64,000 bases of DNA from a virus. Under the pieces are notes generated by a model. That model had not been told where the DNA came from. It did no database searches and worked only from the letters and a program-made list of their open reading frames with translations. Position 1 is the first letter of the stretch, and every line of letters starts with the position of its first letter. This document shows, piece by piece, positions 8,050-16,300 of the stretch. The stretch is from the IMG/VR virus record IMGVR_UViG_3300047510_001751, positions 32,001-96,000 of that record; one strand, 5' to 3'. A program made the translations under genes and the position numbers.

Positions 8050-8106
8050 ATTTTAGCACTCCTATCGTATCTAGTCAACTAATATTGTATTTTTTTATAC
8101 AATATT
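8050..8106 (-). promoter_or_regulatory. Sigma70 promoter with upstream NtcA-type box
   Basis: TTGACT(8078-8073)-17-TAAAAT(8055-8050); TGTA-N8-TACA at 8086-8101. Confidence 0.7.
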
Positions 8107-8107
8107 T

Positions 8108-8434
8108 TTATCGTATAATATATTCTAATGTGTAATCTTTCGCTTTTAATTGTTCGATGATAATGTCACAAGCAATCTTGGGTTCAGAATCTCCACAAGT
8201 AAATACATCTACAGCAGCTTCTCCTTTCTCTGGCCAAGTATGAATACTAATATGACTTTCAGAAAGTAAACAAATTGCTGTCACACCTTGTGGTTTAAAT
8301 TGGTGTGACATAGTTTGTAGAACATGTGCTCCACATGCTTCTGCCGAATTCTCAAGCAAATCACATAGAAAAAACTCATTATCTAATAAAGATAATGAGC
8401 ATCCATACAGGTTGAGTAAGTAATGCTTTCCCAT
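8108..8434 (-). CDS. speD: S-adenosylmethionine decarboxylase proenzyme family
   Basis: GVTAICLLSESHISIHTWPE, DVFTCG. Confidence 0.93.
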   Translation of the reverse strand: MGKHYLLNLYGCSLSLLDNEFFLCDLLENSAEACGAHVLQTMSHQFKPQGVTAICLLSESHISIHTWPEKGEAAVDVFTCGDSEPKIACDIIIEQLKAKDYTLEYIIR

Positions 8435-8683
8435 TTAAATTAACCAAAGTGTATCGTTGTTTCCTTCACAACATTTTCTAATTTTAATATCATATCCTTT
8501 TTCCATAAGCAATCTAGCATCTGGCATAGCCTCTTGTAAATTTGTATAGAAAAAAACTTCAGAATATTTTTTTGTTAGAACTGCTGTCCCATTTTTATTA
8601 ATTCTTTTTAATACTTTTGTATCTTTTAAATTATTATTTTTCCAAACTTGAATACAATAAGTATTTTTCCAGCTTCCTGCCAT
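8435..8683 (-). CDS. Hypothetical protein
   Basis: ORF tightly packed in operon. Confidence 0.55.
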   Translation of the reverse strand: MAGSWKNTYCIQVWKNNNLKDTKVLKRINKNGTAVLTKKYSEVFFYTNLQEAMPDARLLMEKGYDIKIRKCCEGNNDTLWLI

Positions 8684-8940
8684 TATCGTTTCCTTTTTTC
8701 TTCTTTGGGTGGTTTATTTCCCCAAAGTTTGGGGTTTACTCTACCTTCGGATTGCTTAAATGATTTTAATCCTTCACGATATCTATCCCAATAATAATCA
8801 AATAATTCAATTTTGTTTCTAGGGATTGCTATATCGTAGGTAATTGCTCCATCAATTTCATAAGTTACGATGTATGCTGTGTATGGCAAATTTCGATCAT
8901 TTGCTAGTTCAGGATCACAGTTTTGATGAAGAATCACCAT
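8683..8940 (-). CDS. Conserved cyanophage hypothetical protein
   Basis: ILHQNCDP...LPYTAYIVTY...FDYYWD...GRVNPKLW; start at MVILH. Confidence 0.7.
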   Translation of the reverse strand: MVILHQNCDPELANDRNLPYTAYIVTYEIDGAITYDIAIPRNKIELFDYYWDRYREGLKSFKQSEGRVNPKLWGNKPPKEEKRKR

Positions 8941-9374
8941 CAACCACGTCCCCCCCACTTAATATTGGGGAACGCTTCTTCTACACAAGCACGAGTAATT
9001 TTATACTTTCTACCAAGAGATTTATCTTTCACAAGAACAAGAAGATCCGCTTCTTCTTCTTGAAGACCTTCGAGAAGTTGAATAAAAAGATTTTCTCTGG
9101 TAGTCTGGTTGATTGAAGAATTGCCGCCCTTGAAGAAAAGGTACAGCTTACGATACTCATGCTCTAGGACAGTATGCTCTGTACCCTTGGGAGCGTCGTT
9201 GGGCGTAAATGGAACTTTTCCCTCAGGTAACATAGAAATCACGCTTTCATCAAAGTTAGCGATGAGTAGGGAGCGAAGAGCAGGAGTATTGTATTCGTTG
9301 AGAAGTTTGATCTTTTCAGCTTTAGTTTTGGCGTTGCTCACTTTTTGGAGCACTTCGGAAATTAGCAATTTCAT
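8940..9374 (-). CDS. Conserved T4-like protein (DUF6433-like)
   Basis: MKLLISEVLQKVSNAKTKAEKI, SMLPEGKVPF, RENLFIQLLEGL. Confidence 0.75.
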   Translation of the reverse strand: MKLLISEVLQKVSNAKTKAEKIKLLNEYNTPALRSLLIANFDESVISMLPEGKVPFTPNDAPKGTEHTVLEHEYRKLYLFFKGGNSSINQTTRENLFIQLLEGLQEEEADLLVLVKDKSLGRKYKITRACVEEAFPNIKWGGRG

Positions 9375-10234
9375 TTCTTAAATGGCGAGGAACTACGAAA
9401 ATAAAACACTTCCATCAAATCAGTTAATTGATTTTGCTGAAAGTATTCTAATGAGATTTGTTTGTCGTTAATATTTATAGTGTTAAATTGATCTAGGATC
9501 TTTTGTTCAAGATCTTCTGGCACATAATCTAGATCAATAAGAGTTCTGTTCCTATAGTAATTATCAATTTCTGATTTAGTTTTACAAAACACTGATGGAT
9601 CTTGATCTACCCAAAGATTTAATTTCTTTTGGCTGATGGGTTTTTGTCTTTTTTCAGCTACAAAAGTATCATCATCAGACAAAAAGTTAGGAATGCCATC
9701 TGACTTATCACCTTTAATAATATGCTCTTTAATAAAAGCATATGGGTCGTCAGATGAAATATAACTTTTCATGATAGGGTTGTATTGATACACCCCAGGA
9801 TACTTGTGAAGTTGAATAAAATCTTTATCTCCAGAAAGAATTAAAACTTTTTCTTTCGGTTTCTTGTGTCGGCACAATACGGAGATTACATCATCAGCTT
9901 CAGCACCATATACTTCCATCACTTTGTATGGAAAGTATTCTTTAATTTCATCACGAATTTTATTCAAGACATCAAAGATTGAATGCCAATCTAGTCCAGA
10001 ACTTTTACGATCTTTCTTTCTATTATATTTGTAGTAGGGAAAGAAATCTTTTCTCCAATAGTGTTTGCTATCGTAAGCTAAAACTACTTCCCCATATTCT
10101 TGTTTATATTGTTTCTCATAAGCAATTAAACTTCTGAGAACCATATGACGAACCAATTTTTCATTAAGGTCGTCTTTCTTAAGTTGTGCCATCAAGTTAC
10201 TAATCATAACTTGATTCATGTCAATAATAATCAT
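9371..10234 (-). CDS. rnh: T4-type RNase H / 5'-3' flap exonuclease
   Basis: IIIDMNQ, YWRKDFFPYYK, EADDVI, ILSGDKDFIQL, IKGDKSDGIPN. Confidence 0.93.
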   Translation of the reverse strand: MIIIDMNQVMISNLMAQLKKDDLNEKLVRHMVLRSLIAYEKQYKQEYGEVVLAYDSKHYWRKDFFPYYKYNRKKDRKSSGLDWHSIFDVLNKIRDEIKEYFPYKVMEVYGAEADDVISVLCRHKKPKEKVLILSGDKDFIQLHKYPGVYQYNPIMKSYISSDDPYAFIKEHIIKGDKSDGIPNFLSDDDTFVAEKRQKPISQKKLNLWVDQDPSVFCKTKSEIDNYYRNRTLIDLDYVPEDLEQKILDQFNTININDKQISLEYFQQNQLTDLMEVFYFRSSSPFKK

Positions 10235-10457
10235 CCTCTTCTTCTTCCTCTTCTTCGTCAATAAAGGTTACAGCAAGTAGCTCTTCGTTAATAACAATTC
10301 CTTGGTCATCATACATTTCTGGATGAAGTTGAGGAGAATTATTTTTATTGTAAAAATTATAAACAATGTCGTTGATAAACCAACCAGCTATAATTCCAAC
10401 TATAAGAAATAGAACTACAAAGCAGCCCATGAAAAAGAGGATTGTAGGCGATTCCAT
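10221..10457 (-). CDS. Membrane-anchored hypothetical protein
   Basis: N-terminal TM helix, LHPEMYD..G motif, acidic tail. Confidence 0.7.
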   Translation of the reverse strand: MESPTILFFMGCFVVLFLIVGIIAGWFINDIVYNFYNKNNSPQLHPEMYDDQGIVINEELLAVTFIDEEEEEEEDDYY

Positions 10458-10479
10458 TTTAATTCTCCGAGTGACTTGG

Positions 10480-10599
10480 TTAGTTTAAGTCCCTCCAACT
10501 GAATTCAAATTTAAAAAAGAATTGTTTTTGTAGGAGGGAAAATTGTTTAATTAATTTTAGACCATGTGTTTCTGGCTCTTTTGTAGCCCTCCTGAGCAT
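10480..10599 (-). CDS. 39-aa hypothetical protein
   Basis: MLRRATKEPETHGLKLIKQFSLLQKQFFFKFEFSWRDLN fills the gap, with a TAAATA element upstream; not in ORF track. Confidence 0.5.
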   Translation of the reverse strand: MLRRATKEPETHGLKLIKQFSLLQKQFFFKFEFSWRDLN

Positions 10600-10633
10600 T
10601 AGCTCCACACCTTTATTTATGGGAGTTTTGGGG

Positions 10634-10894
10634 TCATTCATGATCTTTTTTGGAAGAAACTAATTTCTTCTCAACAAAATACTTCACAGTTTCTATTAGA
10701 CCACCAATTACTTGATCATCAATAATTACAAAAGGAAATCCTTTTGCTAAGGGATATTCATTTTTAAATTCTTCTAGAGTTAAATCTTTACCCACAACAT
10801 AATCAGTATATTCAACACCAGCTCTGTTCATCAATTCAATAATTTTTACACAATACCCACAACCAGTTGTTTTGTAAATTTTAATGTTCATCAT
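10634..10894 (-). CDS. nrdC: Glutaredoxin
   Basis: CGYC active site, FPFVIID..VIGG. Confidence 0.88.
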   Translation of the reverse strand: MMNIKIYKTTGCGYCVKIIELMNRAGVEYTDYVVGKDLTLEEFKNEYPLAKGFPFVIIDDQVIGGLIETVKYFVEKKLVSSKKDHE

Positions 10895-11559
10895 TTGAAA
10901 CTCTCCAATTCTCCTTTGTAATAAACATACCAATCAATTCCTTTGCCCATAGTATCGCCATCACAATAGATGTCTTCTCCATCATACTCCATACCAGTAA
11001 CAATGGTCCAGGAATCAGCAACTTCAGTAATATTAACTACAAGTTTTTTTGGATCAAACTCCACCCCATCAGGAATTTCAAACTCTCCAATGTAACTACC
11101 ACGTTCGTAAGAATTGTAAAGCATCCAAACGCCTTCTGATTCATTCATCTCATAAAAAATTCTACCAATGGCATTTTCTTCTCCGTTTTCTTTTGGAGCG
11201 TCATCGTCAATTTCTTCTTTAGAATACCACGTAAGTTGATTGATCGGTGATGTCCAGATTTGATTTTCCTCATCATCTGCTAAGCAAACACCAATGTTTT
11301 GATCATCAGTATCTGGACCCCAGCACATACATCCATCAGTAATCTCATCCCACGTAGGAAGATTTTTTTCTGGATCATTCCAATCACGATCAGTTTCCTC
11401 GGAAAGTAAATCAGCATCAAAATGAATTTGATCGTCTTCATCAAAAGTAAAATACTTGTCTACTTGTTCTTGAGTTAGTTGTACTGCTCCAAGCTCATTG
11501 AAATACGTTCGATGCCACGAACTTTCTCCACAACTAATCCAAACGTTATACTTAGCCAT
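10891..11559 (-). CDS. Acidic hypothetical protein
   Basis: Start at MAKYNV downstream of TTGACA-17-TACAAT promoter; very D/E rich. Confidence 0.65.
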   Translation of the reverse strand: MAKYNVWISCGESSWHRTYFNELGAVQLTQEQVDKYFTFDEDDQIHFDADLLSEETDRDWNDPEKNLPTWDEITDGCMCWGPDTDDQNIGVCLADDEENQIWTSPINQLTWYSKEEIDDDAPKENGEENAIGRIFYEMNESEGVWMLYNSYERGSYIGEFEIPDGVEFDPKKLVVNITEVADSWTIVTGMEYDGEDIYCDGDTMGKGIDWYVYYKGELESFK

Positions 11560-11639
11560 AGCCAATAAAAAAACCACCTGCTTATTGTAGGTGGTTCGGG
11601 GGGTTTTGTCAAGTGTCCTAGGGGTAGTCAATGATTATT

Positions 11640-12020
11640 TTAATTAATTCTTCTTCTTGGTGGATATCGATACACATTAGATGGTGCTTCTGGTTTCATC
11701 CAGTTATTAATCTTCTCATAGTTCTCGTGAGAAAAGAAATACTGACTGTTATACCATTCTTCCCAAGGAGTATGACCTTTAGATTGATTACATGAATGAC
11801 AACATGCCACCACATTTGTTTTAATATCTAGACCACCCTTACATTGGGGTAGAATATGGTCTAGTGTAATATTTTCTTCTGATTTACAATAAGCACATTC
11901 GTTGTTCCAAGCATCTTTTATATTCTGTTTCCATAATCGTTTTGCTTCACTCTTAGATGTTGTATGAAGATTAAACAGGTAGTCCTTAGGCGAATGTAAG
12001 GGAACCATAAGTGCTTGCAA
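11640..12020 (-). CDS. HNH endonuclease
   Basis: CAYC...TLDHILPQCKGG....NVVACCHSCNQSKG. Confidence 0.9.
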   Translation of the reverse strand: MQALMVPLHSPKDYLFNLHTTSKSEAKRLWKQNIKDAWNNECAYCKSEENITLDHILPQCKGGLDIKTNVVACCHSCNQSKGHTPWEEWYNSQYFFSHENYEKINNWMKPEAPSNVYRYPPRRRIN

Positions 12021-12046
12021 CTTATTGATATTTATTATTTGACATA

Positions 12047-12069
12047 AAAAAAATCCCCCGAAGGGGATT
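12047..12069 (-). terminator. psbA terminator
   Basis: AATCCCC-TTCG-GGGGATT plus T-run. Confidence 0.85.
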
Positions 12070-12094
12070 GATTTATTTTATACCCGATAAAGTA

Positions 12095-13174
12095 TCAACC
12101 AATAGCAGGTGCTGTGAGAGCAACAGGAGTGCTATCAGCAGCAGCAAGGTCGAGCGGGAAGTTGTGAGCGTTACGCTCGTGCATCACTTCCATGCCAAGA
12201 CCACCACGGTTTAGGATGTCTGCCCAAGTGTTAATCACATGTCCCTGTGAATCCTGGATGGACTGGTTGAAGTTGAATCCATTGAGGTTGAACGCCATTG
12301 TGCTAACGCCCAAGGCAGTAAACCAGATACCGACAACAGGCCAAGCAGCAAGGAAGAAGTGTAGCGAACGAGAGTTGTTGAACGAGGCATATTGGAAAAT
12401 CAGACGACCGAAGTAACCATGAGCAGCTACAATGTTGTAGGTCTCTTCTTCTTGTCCAAACTTGTATCCATAGTTCTGTGACTCAGTTTCTGTCGTCTCA
12501 CGGACGAGAGAAGAGGTGACAAGAGATCCGTGCATAGCAGAGAAAAGAGAACCACCGAAGACACCAGCAACTCCCAGCATGTGGAAAGGGTGCATAAGAA
12601 TGTTGTGTTCTGCCTGGAAAACAAGCATGTAGTTGAAAGTTCCCGAAATCCCAAGAGGCATTGCGTCACTGAAGGATCCTTGACCAAAGGGATAGACCAG
12701 GAACACTGCAGAAGCAGCAGCAACGGGTGCTGAGTAGGCAACACAAATCCAAGGACGCATGCCCAATCGGTAAGACAGTTCCCATTCACGACCCATGTAG
12801 GCATAGATACCAATCAGAAAGTGGAAGACGACCAGTTGAAATGGTCCACCATTATATAGCCATTCATCAAGTGAATTGGCTTCCCAGATAGGATAGAAGT
12901 GAAGTCCGATAGCATTGGAACTAGGAACAACAGCACCAGAGATGATGTTGTTGCCATACATGAGTGAACCAGCAACTGGTTCACGGATACCGTCGATGTC
13001 AACGGGGGGAGCAGCGATAAAAGCAACGATGAAACAAATAGTAGCGGCGAGAAGGGTAGGGATCATCAGGGTTCCAAACCAACCTACGTAGAGGCGGTTA
13101 TCGGTAGATGTTACCCACTCACAGAATTGTTCCCAAGTATTGCTTTGTCGCTGTTGGGCGATAGTAGCAGTCAT
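12095..13174 (-). CDS. psbA: Photosystem II D1 protein
   Basis: MTATIAQQ..., [22 protein letters not shown]; 359 aa from MTAT. Confidence 0.99.
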   Translation of the reverse strand: MTATIAQQRQSNTWEQFCEWVTSTDNRLYVGWFGTLMIPTLLAATICFIVAFIAAPPVDIDGIREPVAGSLMYGNNIISGAVVPSSNAIGLHFYPIWEANSLDEWLYNGGPFQLVVFHFLIGIYAYMGREWELSYRLGMRPWICVAYSAPVAAASAVFLVYPFGQGSFSDAMPLGISGTFNYMLVFQAEHNILMHPFHMLGVAGVFGGSLFSAMHGSLVTSSLVRETTETESQNYGYKFGQEEETYNIVAAHGYFGRLIFQYASFNNSRSLHFFLAAWPVVGIWFTALGVSTMAFNLNGFNFNQSIQDSQGHVINTWADILNRGGLGMEVMHERNAHNFPLDLAAADSTPVALTAPAIG

Positions 13175-13236
13175 AATTTTATTAGTCCGTAAGGTTTGTG
13201 AAAGTATGTGAAGAAATGTTTCCATTCCTTAACACT

Positions 13237-13270
13237 TATTTATAATACAACCTTTTATTTAGGATGTCAA
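13237..13270 (-). promoter_or_regulatory. Overlapping sigma70 and T4 late promoters of psbA
   Basis: TTGACA(13270-13265)-17-TATTAT; TATAAATA at 13244-13237. Confidence 0.75.
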
Positions 13271-13385
13271 TAGGTGTTAGTACCTACTTATGTCATGAGG
13301 TGCTAACATTAAAATCCTTTATGGGTCGAGTCTTCACAGGCATAAATAACTTTAAGAATAAATATGCCCTTCTGTAGTTAGTGTA

Positions 13386-16300
13386 ATGGCAAATCGCTTT
13401 CCTTTAATTGTAAACCCAGATACAAAAAAAATCGAAGAATTAGCTTCGGGTGATAATATTGATTTAACAAGCAATAGTATATACGCTGGGGGTAGTATTG
13501 GAACGTTTGGGCAATACTTAAAGTCAACTGGCACTGGATTGGTATGGGATACTCCAGGAGATGTATTTTTATCTGCTTCTCAGACACTGATAAACAAAAC
13601 ATTTGCTAATGCTGTCATTTCTGGATTGAATAATAACATTTATGATATTCCAAATTCTTCTTTAGTAAATTCTTCCATTACACTTAACGGTCAAGAAGTA
13701 GAATTAGGTGGTTCATTTACATTTCCAATTGACACTAACACAACTTACAGCATTTCATTAACTGATGGCGCTGATGCCACCAGAAAAATTTTAAGATTAA
13801 CTGGAACTAATCCATCTTCTACAGATGATATTACATTTAAAGCAGGGCAAAATGTAACCATTTCAAGAACTAACGACGAAATTACTTTCAATAGTTCATA
13901 CGTAGATACTATTACTAGAGTACAAGGTGAAGCGGGAGGCACACCTGTTTCTGGTGATGTAGTTATTGTTGGTACTGGGTCAACTGATGTATCACAAGCT
14001 GGACAAACAATTACAATCAATTCGTTTTACATCGATACAATTACAAGATTAAAAGGAGAAGCAGCAGGAACATTTAGAAGTGGTGACGTTACTATACTTC
14101 AAGGTGGAGCAACTACAGTTACACAGGCTGATAATAATATCACAATTTCTTCTCAAGATACTATCACCAGATTAAAAGGTGGTGCTGGTGGTGTATTCCT
14201 TTTTGGTGATATTACTTTTACTGGATCTAACGCCACTAGTGTTACCCAAACAGGAGATGTAATTACAATCGATTCTACCAATACTGTTACCAGAGTATCA
14301 GGTGGGTTGTCTGGTACTCCAGTAACTGGAGATGTTAGAATTTTAACGGGTGGAGCTTCTAGCGTTACTCAATCTGGAAACGACGTTACTATTTCTTCTG
14401 TAGATACTATTACTAGATTAAGAGGTGGTACAGGAGAACAGCTTGCTTCTGGTGACTTTACAATCATCGGAGCTGGTGCCGCTGCTGTAACTCAATCTGG
14501 CAATACGATTACTGTTACTGGAACAGATACAAATACAGTTACTAGAGTACAAGGATCTCCTGCTAATGGAGGCAATTTACTTTCAGGTGACATCACAATT
14601 ACTGGTGCTGGAGCCGCTACCGTATCACAATCTGGTTCAACAATCACAGTAACAGCAACTGATACAGACACAACATATTCTGCTGGCATTGGATTAGCAT
14701 TAAACGGCACTATTTTTAGTTTAAAGAACCAAGATTCATTAACTAATAATAGATTAGTAAAATGGAATGCTTCTAATGGTCAATTAGTTAACTCCAACAT
14801 TGCCGACGATGGTTCTACAGTAACTATTACTGGAAACCTAAACGTTGCTGGTACTACAACTACTGTTAACACGGCAACTCTTGTTGTTAATGATGCCGAA
14901 ATTGAATTAAGAACAGGAGCTAACATAACTCCTTCCAATGGCGGCATTCAAATCAACAGAACTACAGATGGTACTGGAGCAGTAACAGCATATCAATCAC
15001 TTCAATGGTTTGAATCTGGTGGATTCTGGAGATCATTTAACGGTACAGTATCAAACAGATTTGTAACCGAAAACGAAACTCAAACCTTAACTAACAAAAC
15101 TTTAACTTCACCAATTCTAACTTCACCTCAGTTAGGTATTGCCACTGTAACTACCATCAATAAAGTTTCAGTTACTCAACCAGCAACAGGTGCTACGTTA
15201 ACAATCAACGAAGGCAAAGCATTAACTGTAAGCAATAGTGTATCATTCTCTGGCACAGATAACTCCACAGTAAACTTTGGTGGTGGTGGTTCTGTTGCCT
15301 ACGTATCAAACAAATTAAGTTTATTTGCTGCCACAACTTCAGATGAATTTAGAGGTGTTATTTCTGATGAAACTGGAACTGGTAGACTTGTATTTGCTAC
15401 CAGTCCAGAATTTGTCACCTCTATAACAACAGCAAGCACTACATTTAGCGTATTTAATACTAACGTTTCAGCAATTAATGCTTTTGGTTCTGCTACTTCT
15501 ATCACAATCGGTGCTACAAGTGGCGAAACAACAATTAGAAATAGCTTAACAGTCAATGGTAATATTACATTAGGAAATGATATTGCTGACACAGCAACCA
15601 TCAATGCTACAACCACATTTAACAACGAAGATGTAACAGTTCGTGGTATTCGTGTTGGTAGAGGTGCTTCTGGTGTTGATACAAACACTGCTTTTGGTAA
15701 AGAAGCACTAAGACTTGTTGTTGGTATTGGAGCAGGTAATCAAAACACTGCTCTTGGTTACGAAACTCTATTCTCAAACAACACTGGTAGCAGAAACGTT
15801 GTTGTTGGATTTAGAGCAGGTAGAACAATTACCAATGGTGCCGATAACGTGGCAATGGGTAATGATGCCCTTTACACAACTACAGTTGGTACTAAAAATA
15901 TTGCTATTGGTACAGAAACTTTATTCAGTAACGTAGCAGGCGAGCATAACGTTGTTATTGGTTATAAAGCGGGATGGGGCATTAGTGGTAGCGGTAACGT
16001 TGTCATTGGTCCTGCTCAAAATGGTAACACAAGCGATGTCACATATCAACTACCTAACCCAACAGGAAGCAATCAATTAGTTATTGGTTCTGGTGCTGGT
16101 GCTTGGATTAGAGGAGATAATAATTTTGATATTACAGTTCCAAATAACTTAGGTGTCTCTGGAAATCTTACCATTGCTGGTTCTACAACTAATTTAAACA
16201 GCAGAATTCTAACAGTAAGAGCATCTAATGTAACCTTTGTTGATAAAGAATTAACTCTTGGTAATGTAACTACAACTACATTCAGTGCTATCGTTCAGCA

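Noticed and set aside
12095-13174. Group I intron in psbA
   Set aside because: ORF is continuous at 359 aa.
13905-14670. CRISPR-like array
   Set aside because: Repeats are degenerate at the DNA level and in frame within the fibre protein; no repeat-spacer array was seen anywhere in the window.
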